From Callorhinchus milii (lineage: Eukaryota), in assembly GCF_018977255.1 (NCBI RefSeq), contig NW_024704743.1, positions 104,162,001-104,226,000 of the forward strand: a DNA stretch of 64,000 nucleotides, given 5' to 3'. Below the pieces are notes generated by a model. The model did no database searches. It was not told the DNA's origin and was given only the letters and a program-made list of their open reading frames with translations. Each line of letters starts with the position of its first letter. Position 1 is the first letter of the stretch. A program made the translations under genes and the position numbers. This document shows, piece after piece, positions 1-12,983 of this stretch.

Positions 1-1196
1 CAACATTGCATTGGAGTATCAGCCAAGACTGTGAGTGCAATACTTTCGCCTGGTGTCCTGTCGTGGGACATTGCTGTGCGCAAGTTGGCTTCCATGTTCC
101 CCACAAAATACAGTCACTAATTTTACAGTAAAATCCTGTAAATTGCTTTGAGATGAACCTGATGTCAAAGCCACTATAATAATAATAATCCTTGCATCTG
201 ATATAACGTCTTATCACATCTTGAGATATCTCAAAGCGCTTCACAGAATATACTGTAAAGTAAATTGACTCTATATTTTGTGGACAAAACGCAGCAGCCA
301 ATTGGGCAAAGCAGTGTCCCACAAACAGTCGTGGATTGATTGATCAATTTTTAAAAAATGTTTTTGAAGGAATTAACTGTATCAAATACAATAATTATTA
401 TTGTGTTCTCTGTGTCTGCTCCAGAACATTACCTTCCTCATGTACACGGAGTTCACTGCAATACAGTAAAACTTGTATATTTGCATAAATTGTACATTTG
501 CCCAAATCCAGTTGAATTTCCTATAACCTATGCAAGTTTCACATAACTCATAAGTCATATTAAACGTATGGTCTCAACTGTTATGACTTATGTAATGTTT
601 ACTGTACATTATGCTGCCCTTGTACATGAAATTAGTCCAGCACATTTACCTTGCATTAACTCATTGCATTAACAAATATTAACAGCACAGCTCAACTTTA
701 GGTATAACATTTGCTTATAATAGCTGCAAACAAAATTAATACCGATGTTATACTTTAGCCAGAATTGCTGAATGGTCTGATTTAACCCTTTGATCACTAG
801 ATATGCTTTGATAATTGAATAATTATTGTTTAATACTAATTTAATAATAATTATTGATTGCTGGATATCCTCTGTAACTTTCAAAATGTGTTCGAGTTTT
901 GACTATGTAACTGACATCTACAAATTTCCCTGAAATTAAACATTTGTAAAGTACATTTAAAATAACATATTGCACAACAGAATATTGCTATATTCCCAGT
1001 CACTAAATTATTACATATCTCTTTTATAGCGAACATGTGATGTTGTAAGTTTCATAGATTTGATCTCAGTGACAATAAGCATATTATTCTATAGAAGTAT
1101 ATTAAAATATAATATTCCTTGTATTTGATATAGCTCCTTATCATGTCTTCAAAATGTCTCTACGCACTTCACAGAATATACTGTAAAGTGAATATC

Positions 1197-1285
1197 ATAA
1201 GCATATTATACTATATGCATATTATACTATAAGCATGTTATCCTATAAGCACATTACACTATAAGCATATTATACTATAAGATAT
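1197..1285. repeat. 16-bp minisatellite (ATAAGCATATTATACT), about 5 units
   Basis: Direct tandem copies visible in the intron of the FAM167/AARD-like gene. Confidence 0.85.
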
Positions 1286-1357
1286 TAATTTAAAGATGGT
1301 AAACGCTCCGATGGAAAACCTGTTGAATGTTCTGATGTGTCTCCGTATCTTTCTTAC

Positions 1358-1546
1358 CAGCTCTTTTCTAAGCCAGGCGAGTGCAGCCTGGATGTCTGCT
1401 GTGTGTGTGGAGTCGCCCTGCTCAGCCTCACTGAGCCGGGCTTGGGTACGCTGCCTCTTGCAGAGGGGGTTTGCTGCTGAATTGCAGTCGTTGAATGTCG
1501 CAGATCTGGATGAAAAATCCCGAAGACGAGATAACAGGACGTCCAT
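1358..1546 (-). CDS. First coding exon (63 codons) of a FAM167/AARD-family protein; the rest of the gene lies left of the window
   Basis: ATG at 1546 in strong Kozak context (aagATGG) with an in-frame TAG upstream. Translates MDVLLSRLRDFSSRSATFNDCNSAANPLCKRQRTQARLSEAEQGDSTHTADIQAALAWLRKEL, then a phase-0 donor CTG|GTAAGA. IQAALAWLRKEL matches the FAM167 motif (FAM167A IDEAIEWLRKEL; AARD VEATLARLRAEL). AARD neighbours SLC30A8 in mammals. Confidence 0.7.
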
Positions 1547-2149
1547 CTTCTGTGGGGTGATGGATGTGATGCCAATCGGTGCAAACCTTTGCTTGTGTCT
1601 CTCTGTTCGGCTTAAATTGGGAAAAGCGCCCACTGTCTATCTAGGAACCTGTTTCCCAAGGAATCGAGGATTTACTCGAATGGGATTTGCATCAAACTGA
1701 ACAGCAGCCAGCAAAGCAAAGCAAAGCAGCACTGACTCACAAATCATGTGTGAACTGAGTGTTGGGAAGAGACCACTCATCACCCCAGAGGGGTGGGTGG
1801 TTCTCCCGAGGCAGTCAGTCATCCTGGTGGGCAATGCAAGGGGAGAGATAACCCTGACATAAAATACAAGGCGTTTACAATCACCCATTTGTTAATGTCT
1901 TCATTATGGTAAAATAAAAACAACTTGGACTTATATAGCACATTCCCTATAATATATAAGGTGGGCTTAGTACATTACTCACAAACTCAACTTCCCTGTG
2001 TTTCCACTTTTAACAAATTGTTAACTTTATTTGTTTCCACATTTCCATGGATGTTTTATGGGATAACCAAAACCTGAATGGTGTGTGTTACTTTGGGGTA
2101 CAAAGGTCCCTATTTTATTGGTGTATGTGTATGTGTGTGATGGTAATTT

Positions 2150-2395
2150 TTGGAACTCCATCCACCATTCCCTTCACCTTGCTCCCTCCCTTGCTTCCTT
2201 CAAGGCATGTCTCAAGACTCCTCTTCACCTGTGCCTTCGGCCACCTTTCTACCCTCCCTGCCCTCTACCCTCCCTGATCCCAACCTCCCACACCCCCGCC
2301 CTGCTCAGGTCCAAATCTCTGACTGTCCAGCACCTTGGGACGTCCTCCTGACGTGAAAGGCACTATACAAATGTAATTTTGTATTGTATTGTAAA
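2150..2395 (+). mobile_element. L2 LINE 3' end fragment
   Basis: Same 3' UTR and terminal ccttgggacgtcctcctgacgtgaaaggcactat motif as the longer L2 copies; (TTGTA)n tail. Confidence 0.75.
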
Positions 2396-2865
2396 ATTAC
2401 GGCGTTTCTTCCAGTGACCTAGCCAACTATCCCACAATAAATTGATCACTCACTTCATGGTTGTTTGTGGGAAATTGCTGGGTGCAAAATTGGCTGGTGA
2501 CTTCATCTACAAAAAAAAAGTCACTACACTTTACAATAAAATCCTGTGAAGCATTTTGAGACATTCTTCTAATATGAAAGGTACTATATCAAATGTAAGC
2601 ATTAACATTAATAATATTAATAACATTAACCCCAAGTCCTTTTGCTTTTCTGCTCCTTTTTAATATTTTACCACGCAACATATATTTGTTCTCCTTATTC
2701 TTCCTCCTGAAATGTATAACCTTACATATGTCCACATTAAATTACATTCGCCATTCATCCATCTCACTGAACCTTCTGTCTTCACTTTAAAATTCATCCA
2801 TGGTGAAGCACCTTGAGATGCTTCCTCCCCCTCCCACCCTCATAGGTCCTATATCTTAATGGTTA

Positions 2866-3250
2866 GTGGAGTCCTGTAGCTTAGTGGTTAGAGCACTCAC
2901 CTCGCAAGTGAGAGGACGTGGGTTTGATTCCCGGGTAGGGCGAAACATTGGACAAGTTTCCTTACTGCACACGGCTCTGTTTACTTAGCAGTAAGTGGGA
3001 ACCCAGTTGTTAGTTGATTGGTGCATCACTTTTCTGGGGATAATAATCCCTTCCAAAACAAATATTTAAAAGAAAATTTGGTCACTAAATCCACAACTGT
3101 TTGTGGGACACTGCTGTGCACAATTGGCTGCCACGTGTGTCCCACAAAATATACAGTCAATTTGCTTTACAGCATATTCTGTGAAGCACTTTGCGATGTC
3201 TCGAAGGTGTGATAAAACACAAGATCAAATGCAAGGATTATTATTATTAT
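2866..3250 (+). mobile_element. tRNA-derived SINE family A, long subfamily, full length
   Basis: tRNA-like head with A-box (tagcttagtggt) and B-box (ggtttgattcc), shared body, L2-like 3' end, (TTA)n tail; about 20 related copies in the window. Confidence 0.85.
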
Positions 3251-5510
3251 ACATCAAATGCAAGGATTATTATTGAGTTGCTGAGCATTCCAAGAGCTAG
3301 GTGCTAATTGTTGGTTAGGTTACAAAGTCTTGGTTGCTAGCCAGATACCTTGGAATTCAAGGAACTAGGACATTAACCTCAACGGCATTCAATGTGGATT
3401 TGTGTACTTTTAAGCTAGGATTGCGTAAGAGCTAAAATGATTCACGCCATACACCTGTCTAATCTCAATAGAGTAATAGAGTACCCTTCTTTGTTTTCCA
3501 TTTTCTCTGTTGAAATGCTTTGCTATCTCAGCACTACAAGCAGTGTCCAACAAAGAAATCTGCAACAGTTTTTCATTTGAAACCAGATACACTTTGAGTT
3601 GTGAGTGTCACAGTTGATCAACACAGAAACAAAGCATACTTGAAATTTAGCTGAAATGTTGTTTGAATTGAATTCAAAGCGTAGATTCTGTTCTCTGGAT
3701 TTTATATGCTTTGGGCTATTTTTACAACCAGCATCATGGTTGCTGGGATGCCATTGTCTGGTTACCATGGACTGTTCTTGATCACATAAGATCATTCGGT
3801 TTCTGTAGAGAAGATCAAGTATTGAATTTAGCTATAAATTTCAGGCCTTTGTCTGGTAACCTGGATGCTTTCCTAATAAATATTGGTCTGCCTGGAAATT
3901 GATTCTCAGAATAATGGTTCTTTTTAGGAATAATTTAAAATGTGATTTTTCCACCCTTTTTCTATTTCCCGATAATTTACTTCCCAGCCAACAACGTGTT
4001 GTAAATTAAATGGAGTCCAACCAACATAAGGATCCTCCCTGATGGCAATGACATTTATGGAGTGCCTGAATGCCTGACACCCCTCGAGATGATGATAGAG
4101 GTAGAGTGTGGGAGAAGTGGAGGGTCAAACTTTGAATTTCCTGGTTGTGTAATCCTGGAAAGTCACTATTTAGTGACAGAAATATGGAGACTGTGATTCC
4201 TGTTTGGTTTAGAGGAGGAAGAATGATAGTGTCAGGTTCCTTGGTGGTCTTTTTCATGCCGTGGAGCACCATTATAAAGCAGGTTCACTTATTGATGCAA
4301 ATGTGTTGTGAACCCCAACATTTGCATACAAAATATTCAAAATGCCATCAAAAATATTTGGTTACATTCACGCAAAAANTATAGTTCATAAGTGAACATG
4401 ACAGCCAATTTACAACACAATCAGTTCATGTAGAAAGGAAGTATGCCACCAGTATGAAAAACAAAAACAATTTACACTTATAGAGCACAACATCTTGCTT
4501 ACTACTAGAGCTCCCGTAATGAATAAAGGCGACAACAACGGTAACAAGTTGCTGCTACATTGCATCTTTCATATGGGTAAATGTCTCAAAGGGTTTTACA
4601 AAGAAGAATTGGAAGCCTAAGCTGGGAGGGAGATGGGATGGAGATAGGGTGGAGTGGCCAAAGGAACAATCAAAGGGATAGGTTTTCAGAAGGGTTTTGA
4701 AAGCAATAAGAGAAGTGGAACAGAGGGATTTTGGATGAAAGTTCCAGAGAGTAGAGATAAAGTAGCTGAAAATCCACCCACCAATGGTGGGGTAGGGGAT
4801 ATGAAGCAGACCAGAGTTGGCAGAGTGGAGAGTGTGGGGGAATAGAATTCCAGGAGATTACAAGCGACGGTTTGGGCAAGGCCATGAAAGCATTTTAAAA
4901 AGTACATAAATGCTTAGGCTTTTCATAAAAAGGAATAAAATGAAACCACACCCCCCCACCCCCCCACCTTCCTTTGCAAGAGGATCTATATTAATGTAAA
5001 TTATATGTGCTCTGTGGGAAGGGTCAGATTTCATTGCAATTTTCTCATTTATGACCAAATATAAACTAATTGACTAGGACTGAGAGCTTTCCATTGTAGT
5101 CTCCTGCTATGAAGAGTTCTTGTGACAATATCATGTGCCTGTCTGCTGAAGAAGCATATGATTTTATGTTTCGAGATACCTTGACCAGGGTATTAATACT
5201 GTTAAAAATAATGACTGGATCTGGCTCAGTCACTGATGTTAGAAAGTGCTCTGTTTGCATGTTTATTATGAACAAACTGATTTTGCAAACCACCAGCAAG
5301 CTTCGTGTAGAATGTGTCTACAGTTTCAGGTTGGGTTAACCATATGAAAACGAAATACAGTGAGAATTCAGTTCCTCCAATTTGTAATTAACCACCATTG
5401 AAAAGGATTAAGTGAATCTAAATGCATTAGCACATGGATAAACCAAGCCACACATTTTGCATATTGGCTGTTAACCTAATCTGCAAGTTCATCTGAGATG
5501 TAAGTCTATC

Positions 5511-5870
5511 TAGCACAGATGGTAGTACTTCCAGTTCTGAGTCAGCAGGTTGTGGGTTCAAGCTCCACAGTGGGACAGTGAACTCAAAGTCGAGGCTGAC
5601 AGTCCAGTGAAGTGCTGGGGAAGCACTGCATTGACAGAGGTGTTGTCCTTCAGATGAGAGTTTAAACCCAAATCCTACCTCTGTGTTCAGGTGGATATTA
5701 AAGATCCTAGGGGACTATTCAAAAAGAGAAGGGAGTTTTTCCTGGTGTCCTGGCCAACAATCCTCCAGATAAAAAATCACTTCATGGATAACTAGGACAT
5801 TGCTGTGTGCAAAATTGGCTGCCACTTTTATCTACAAAGAGTCACTACACTTCACAGCAATTCCTGTGAG
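5511..5870 (+). mobile_element. Old tRNA-headed SINE family B (DeuSINE/SacSINE1-like)
   Basis: Central cagatgagagtttaaacc...aaagatccta...ggtgtcctggccaaca segment resembles the Deu domain; related copies at 24421, 47690 and 55900. Confidence 0.6.
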
Positions 5871-5879
5871 ACATGTTGA

Positions 5880-7500
5880 TGTTCCACCCGCGGAGATCCT
5901 GAAACAGCCATCCAGCTGCTCCATGATCGCCTCTTCTCCACCTTCAGCTCCCTCATCCCCCTAAAATCCAGGACCATCTCCAAACGCACCCGATCCCCCT
6001 GCTACAACAACCATCTCTGCCGCCAAAAAAAACCCTCCCTAGATCCCTCAAACCCTAGCCACTACTGCTTTATTTCTAACCTGCCCTTCCTCTCAAAAGT
6101 TCTAGAATGCGTTGTTGCAAACCAACTTCGCGCAAACCTCTCCTCCCACTCCCTCTTCGAACCCCTCCAGTCCAGTTTGTGCCCTGCCCACAGTACAGAG
6201 ACTGAGCTTGTGAAAGTCACAAACGACATCCTCTCTATCTGTGATCAAGGCTCCCTCTGCCTCCTTGTCCTCCTGGACGTCTCTGCCGTGTTTGACACAG
6301 TCGATCACACCATCCTCCTCGACCACCTTTCCTCCGTCATCCACCTCAGTGGGACTGCACTCGCCTGGTTTGAGTCCTACCTCACAAACCACCAGCAGTA
6401 AATCTGGACAAACGGCTTTTCCTCCCGCTCTCACCTGGTCACCTGCGGGGTACACCAAGAATCCATCCTTGGCCCCCTCTTCTTTCTGATCTATATGCTC
6501 CCTCTTTGGGATATCATCCACAGACATAGGGTACACTTCCACACGTATGCCGACGATACCCAACTATATTTTTCCACCTCTCTTTGCGAACCCCCAGTCC
6601 CCTGATGTTCTGTCAGCCTGCCTGTCCGATCTCAGGGGCTGGATGAGCGCAAATTTCCTTCAGCTGAACGTTAACAAGACAGAAGCCATATTCTTTGGTT
6701 CTCATCAACGTCTAAAATCTCATGGCTCTCACCTCCTTCACCTACCCGACCTCCCCCTAAAACTCTCTGAACCCGTACGCAATCTAGGCGTCAGGTTCGA
6801 CCCCCAATTATCCTTCCTCCCCCACATCCGGTCCCTCACCAGCACCACTTTCTTCCACCTCCGACGCATCGCCCGTCTCCGCCAATACCTCTCCCCAAAA
6901 GCCGCTGAAACGCTGGTCCGTGCCTTTGTCACCTCTCGGCTGGACTATTGTAACGCCCTCCTCGCTGGTCTCCCATCCACTGCCATCCATAAAATTCAAA
7001 TCATTCAAAACTCTGCCGCCTGCATTCTCACCCGCACGAAAGTCCACTCTCCGATCACCCCAGTCCTTGCCAGACTGCTCTGACTGCCTATCCCAGAGAG
7101 GATAGATTTCAAGAGCCTCACCCTTGTATTCAAGTTCCTGCACTTCTCTGCACCCCCCTACCTCTCTGACTTCCTCTCTCCTCAAAACAGTACCCGTTGC
7201 CTTCGTTCCTCCGGGTCTGGCCACCTCCTCGTCCCCCGAGTCCACCGCTCCACCCTCAGCGGCTATGCCTTCAGCCATATGCCCCGAGGCTCTGGAACTC
7301 CCTTCCTCACTCCCTCGCCTCGCTCCCTCTCTTCCTATTTTCAAGTCTCTGCTGAAGACCTTTCCTTTCGACCGCGCCTTTGGTCACCTTCCTCCCCCTG
7401 GCTCGGTCCCGGGATCCGTTACTTGTGAAGCGCTCTGAGACACCGTCCGGCGTGGAGGGCGCTATATAAATCCAAATTGTTGTTGAAGTTGTTGTTGTTG
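5880..7500 (+). mobile_element. L2 LINE, 5'-truncated, decayed RT, 3' UTR and (GTT)n tail
   Basis: HSTETELVKVTND, LLDVSAVFDTVDH, YADD (6546), FLQLNVNKTE, SRLDYCN motifs broken by stops and frameshifts. Confidence 0.92.
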
Positions 7501-8274
7501 ATGACATGATGAGGTACTATATCAAATACACAGATTTTTATAACTTAAATTAGGGTCCAATGTGCTGGGAACTGGTAGAGCACAAAATTGACCCCCTGAA
7601 TGAATGATTTAGTCTTCCCAGAGTATTTGGAAGGGGAACTGGATTAAAACAGCCAGTTACTTATCTAATTTTACAGAGGGAACAAGGGAATGGGAGACAA
7701 TCTTTATAGCTCTGTCAATTCATAGCAGCTGGTTCAAGAGGTCTGTATGACCCAGTTTACGATGCATTCACCTTTTGAGCCCTCAAGGGGTTTTGTAATT
7801 TTCTTAATCAGTGAGCAATACAAAACTCTGAGGATGCAGAGATCACTCATCAGGAGGGCAGATTTACAGAGCTGAGTGCCTTTTCTTATCTATCTATCTA
7901 TCTATCGTCTACTCCTTTGGAACTCTCAATGAATGCATGAAAGTGACTGCAATGTTTATACTATTAGATTGCCACATGTAATCAAATATGAGTTCAGAGA
8001 ATGTTTGTGGTTTATTTCTCCCTGAAATGGAAGTTTTCAGATCACTGGTTGGTAAATTTACCCAATCGAATATATATATCAAGCAAGGTCTATACATTTA
8101 TTTTGATCGGAAGGAGAATCATTTCAATACTCTTGCCTGCATAGGTCAATGGCTGATTATAATTGAATGCCATCCAGTGGTACTTTTCCCTGTCTCTTGA
8201 GGGATGTAGCTTACACACAGTTCCTCTATCTAGTTCTTTCCAGTATTACAACACATACATAAAAGGTGTCAGCC

Positions 8275-8550
8275 CTTCTCTCTCTCTCTCTCACACACAC
8301 ACACAGAGTGCCAGTTCTCTCTCTTTCACACACACAGTGCCAGTCTTCTCTCTCTCACACACACAGTGCCAGTCTTCTCTCTCCCTTTCTCTCTCTCTCA
8401 CACACACACACACAGTGCCAGCCTTTTCTCACACACATATATACACCCACAGTGCCAGCATCCTCTCCCCCTCTCTCTTACTCACATTCCCAGCCCTTCT
8501 CTCTATATCTCTATCTCTCTCACACACACAGTACCAGCCTTCTCTCTCCC
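8275..8550. repeat. Compound (CT)n(CA)n microsatellite with recurring CAGTGCCAG spacer
   Basis: About 7 degenerate units of tctctc-acacac-agtgccag. Confidence 0.8.
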
Positions 8551-8837
8551 ATGTAGCGCCCTCAGCCCTGGGAAATAGGCAGGGATGGATTGGAAGATGT
8601 CCAGAAGGGCTGATGTTGGTTGGAAGTAACTCTATGAAAGGACACATAAGCCTCCTGGAGGTGTTGGCACTGTGCTGCCGGGTCTTGTTGCCCCTCAAAC
8701 TGCCCTGCTACCTATAATATTGATCTCTTTCAGCACTTTGTTGCTCACAGGAGGACTCTTCATGATTTTGATTTGTACAACCATACATTCCTGTAGTCAC
8801 AGCATCACCCCTGATGGAATAACATGAAGCATGTGTT

Positions 8838-9185
8838 CATAGAATTATACACAGGAGGAGGCCATTCGGCCCATCGTGTCTGTGCCAGCTCTTTGAAAAG
8901 GACTATCCAATTCAATCCCGTCCTCTCCCCACAGCCCTGCAAACTTGTCCTTCCCAAATAATTATTTACTGCTCTCTCAAAAGTTGTTATCAAATCGGCT
9001 TCCACCACCCTTTCAGGCAATGTATTCCAAATCCGAACAACTCGCTGTGTGAAAAAATTTCTCCTCACCTCCCCTTGATTTCTTCCAACAACTATTTTAA
9101 ATCGGTGTCCTCGAGTTACCAACCCACCCACCAGTGGAAATAGTTTCTTTTTCTTCACCCTATTGAATCCCCTCATAATTTTCAA
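8838..9185 (-). mobile_element. CR1 LINE 3' end fragment
   Basis: KIMRGFNRV...TRGHRFKI...RRNFFTQRVVRIWNTLP, the CR1 ORF2 C-terminus, followed by 3' UTR and TTCTATG tail. Confidence 0.9.
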
Positions 9186-9589
9186 ACTCAGTGTTCACTG
9201 AGTTTTGGGGGTTCAGGTGGGAGAGATACAGTACAAACCACGATGGGTTTAGGGTGAAAACATAGAAGTGTTCTGATGCAATAGTAAAGATTAATTTAAA
9301 CTGTAATTGTGTTGACTAAAGTCTTTTAACAATGAATCAATATAATACCAATTGCTTTTTGGTGACCCTGAGAGGGGGGCGTTATCGTAAAATGACTGAA
9401 TGAATGAACCTGCTTACAGGTGTACACAGAGGGGTGCCCTGTGTGTGTCAGGGAGAGACTGCTCCTGGCTCCAGAACTTCAGCAGAACTTCAAGTCAGGT
9501 TGGAGGGGCTGTTTGGCAACAAAAGCAGAAATGAGCTTCTGCATTTGAACCTCACACTCACCAAAGTGGTTGGAATTTGTGTTTAAAAG

Positions 9590-9923
9590 TATAAAAGCCT
9601 CGATTTCCCCTCTTACCCCTTTTTAACTTTGTCAGAGCAAAGAATCAGACCTGTGATCACTTTATCAGCATCGATTCCAGGGTGAGGAGCGACTGGATGG
9701 AGTTAGGGAAGGAGCATTTTTTTAAAATCACAATCTTTAGACAGAGCTCTCCGATTCAAATGTAATCCGATCTGCCTGTTACTTTATGAAATGGCCTTGA
9801 AATATAATTGCAGCTTTTCTTTTTTTTTTGCACACGATCTACAAATTTCACCCGAAGCTAAACTTTGCATTTTTGGGCTGACGTTTCTTATATTTTCCAC
9901 TTGGCTCTGAATCCTCTGCACCC
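9590..9923 (+). promoter_or_regulatory. Candidate SLC30A8 proximal promoter: TATA box plus two metal-response elements
   Basis: TATAAAAG at 9590; TGCACACG at 9829 and TGCACCCG at 9917 (MRE core TGCRCNC) in non-repetitive DNA 330-660 bp upstream of the ATG. Confidence 0.4.
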
Positions 9924-10253
9924 GATTCTAGCAGCATGTGGATGGTTTAAAAGCACAGCCAGACAGAGGGTAGATTCAATGTGTTTGTGTGTATATATAT
10001 CTATATATCTGTATCTATATAGAGAGAGATCAGACAATTTAATTGGAAAAAGAGAAAGATTGAATAAGGGCCAACCTAAACGTTATGTCATTTGTAAAAC
10101 AAGTTGAAGAAACTTAAGAAAAGTAAATCTGAAAAAAACTAAATTAGAAAAAGATTCGAGACTACACAGTGAAACCTTCAAAAATTTTTCTGAAAATAGG
10201 ATCATTTTGCTGGCGTTTTTTTTAATGCAATATTGAACAATCAAACATATAGC

Positions 10254-10327
10254 ATGAGTAAGGACATCGAAAAAGAGCACTTAGTGAGCGATTCAGAGAC
10301 CAAGATTTATAAGTCTACCAGTGAAAG
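10254..10327 (+). CDS. SLC30A8: Zinc transporter ZnT8, coding exon 1
   Basis: agcATGA start; MSKDIEKEHLVSDSETKIYKSTSE(R) aligns with the ZnT8/ZnT2 N-terminus; phase-2 donor AG|GTAAGA joins in frame to exon 2. Confidence 0.85.
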
Positions 10328-10513
10328 GTAAGATTTATCATTTATCCAACAAAGTACACAGTTACTACAACTTACAAGAAATCCACCTGAAGTGCTTTGG
10401 GACATCCTCCCGACATGAAAGATGCTCTACAAATGTAATTTTGTTGTTGTTGTTGTTCCCAAATTGAAAAGCACGATATGAAAAGCGAAGATTATTCTTT
10501 TATTTGAAATCAA

Positions 10514-10828
10514 TAAATAATAATCCTTGCATTTGATATAATGCTTTTCACATCTTCTTGACGTCTCAAAGCGCTTCACAGAATATACTATAAAGTGAAT
10601 TAATCGTATATTTGTGGGCAAAAAGCGGCAGCCAATTGCACACAACAGTGTCCCACAAACAGTCGTGGATTGAAAATGACCAATTTATTATTGTTTTTTG
10701 TTTTGGAGGGATTATTATTAGGCGTGTGGAGTAAGGAAACTTGCCCAAGGTTTCGCCCTGCCTGGAATTGAACCCAGGTGTCTCGCTTGCAAGGCAAGTG
10801 CTCTAACCACTGAGTTACAGGACTCCAT
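10514..10828 (-). mobile_element. SINE family A, short subfamily (SLC30A8 intron 1)
   Basis: Reverse complement of the 2866 element lacking the internal ~65-nt segment. Confidence 0.85.
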
Positions 10829-12620
10829 AAGCAATGCTGTGCTCTCACTGACTGGACAGAAAGTTACAGGGATATAGACTATAACAGCTCAGTGTAGGGA
10901 CAGACCTGCAGCTTTGCTAGATTTGCTGTATTGTTGTGCTCAGCTACAGTCAAGCACTCTGGGACCCTACCCTGTGTGAAGGGCACTATATAAATGCAAG
11001 TTGTTGTTGTTCGTAATTTTGTTAATCCCAACTGTTTTTCAGTCCCATTCGTTTCAGGTTGAGCTTCAGGTTTTCTTTGCAAAATTGCTATTCAGCTTAT
11101 CTTTGCGATAGTGCTTCTTGTAAGAGTGAAGCAAAGTCTCAAGCATGAGCTCCCAAAATGACTTTCTTTATATTGTACTGGGTCACCTTCAATATTTGAT
11201 AGAATAGCAAGAATAAAATGAACGCTCTGCTAAAATCTGTCAAAACTGGTTTACCCTTGGGTAAGAAAGTATGAGAGTTACTGGTCTGATAGAGAGCAGC
11301 AGGCACTGTTCAAAAGGTATATAGAAAAAAAACATGTATGAGCCATCTATTCCCAAATGAACTAGCCAACTTCAGAATCTGCCACAGCATTGAAATCATT
11401 GACATCCAGGACGGGTTTCATCTAAGGGAATGAGTGGAGGGAATGCAGGTGGGCTTTTCCCAAGTGAATCAATCAATGTGTGAAGGGAATTGTCTCATAA
11501 ACTGGCCCTGGAGTGCACCCACACCTCGACGGGTCAAGATCTGCATGTGGGATGGGAGAGCAATTCACCCACCATTCCAGATCCCAACACAAACTATTTG
11601 TTTCACATAGATGTTTTGATATAACAAGTCCTTGCGAATGTTAGATTAGATCTTTGCATTTGATATAGTGTCTTATTGCTTTGGGACGTCTGAAAGCACT
11701 TCACAAGATATATTGTAAAGTGTCTTGACTGTGTATTTTGTGGGTGAAACTCAGCAGCCAATTGCACACATCAATGTCCCACAAACAGCCATGGAGTGAG
11801 TGACCAATTTTTTTTGGTGGGTGTGATTATCGGGAGAGATCAAAGTGCTTTTGATCAGTTTTGAGTTATAAATAATTCAGGGTTCCTTACCTTCCATCAT
11901 TCTGTTAAAGAGCTGAAACAGTTTAATTTTGTTTTTATACATATATTTAACAATAATCAGAAATTCAAAATGTTTTATTGCATTAATCTCATACGTTTTG
12001 TTCTATGTTTCAACTTGACCAAACTTGTTCAACTTGCTTTGTTCACGCTTCTCAGCTTATAAAACAGTTTGTTGCAACTCACCTTGTTTACAGAAACATG
12101 CAATGAACACTAAAACATAGAGAGAAAATAGGTAGCAATTGCTCAAACGGTGAAACATCATACATAACTCTCAAAACTTCATCTTTCCATAGGTTCTGGT
12201 ATCATAAAACAGCTAAGAAACCTATAAGCTTTAAGAGGCTTTTTGTCTTAATAGAGCTGATGAGAAACTAGCATCTGTGCAGTTTGTGAAGCTGTGAAGG
12301 CTTATAAATGTTAGCTATTCATTTACCAGATACAAGTCACGCATGGGTTCAACCCAGTGGTTCACAATGAAAGCAAAGAAAATCCAGTCAAATTGCCATG
12401 TGATAAGATTAATGCCTTTTATCCTTATGCCCTATATAAATTCATTGTTCATTGAATTAAGATTCCTCCATGGCTATCTTTGAGTGATGCTAAACTACCA
12501 TCCCAATGGACATTGTCTACGATAGAATATCGACCAATTATTGAATGAAATAAAATCATGAACTTTGCCGAAGGAGCAGGATTAAGTGTTTTGAAGATAA
12601 AACTGCCACAAACCACCATG

Positions 12621-12983
12621 TAATAATAATAATCTTTGCATTTGATACAGCACCTTATCATGTCGTTAGAACACCTCAAAGCGTTTTACAAAATATACTG
12701 TAAAGTGGACTGACTGTAATTTGTGGGTGAAATGTAGCAGCCAGTTACACACAGCTGTGTCCCACAAACAGTCGTGAATTGGTTGACTAAATTTTTTGGG
12801 GAGGGATTATTTCTGCTGGAAAGTGATCCGCCAATATACTAACAACCAGGTTCCTATTTATTGCTTGGTAAACAGAGGCGTGTGGAGGAAGGAAACTTGT
12901 TTAAAGTTTCACCCCACCCAGGAATCGAACCCAGGTCCTCTCGCTTGCGAGGCTAGCTTGCTAACCACTCTGCTATGAGTTCT
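12621..12983 (-). mobile_element. SINE family A, long subfamily
   Basis: Full-length reverse copy with head, internal segment and TTA tail. Confidence 0.8.

Noticed and set aside
1197..1285. 16-bp repeat superficially like a loxP spacer or CRISPR repeat
   Set aside because: No unique spacers and no 13-bp inverted arms; an ordinary AT-rich minisatellite in vertebrate DNA.
1259..1700. ORF-track entries 1259..1633(-) and 1296..1700(+) as full proteins
   Set aside because: The minus ORF starts at GTG and runs through a strong splice donor, so only 1358..1546 is supported. The plus ORF is its antisense shadow.
2868..2942. tRNA gene calls at SINE heads (about 12 places)
   Set aside because: Each is followed by the same SINE body and TTA tail, so these are retroposon heads, not tRNA genes.
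4379..4379. Single N base
   Set aside because: Assembly ambiguity or tiny gap; no biological inference possible.
6102..7507. Long ORFs as an intact reverse-transcriptase gene
   Set aside because: Stops and frameshifts between RT motifs, 5' truncation; the antisense ORFs are shadows. No intact LINE is present in the window.
8163..8717. 184-aa Ser/His/Thr-rich ORF
   Set aside because: Translation of a CT/CA microsatellite.
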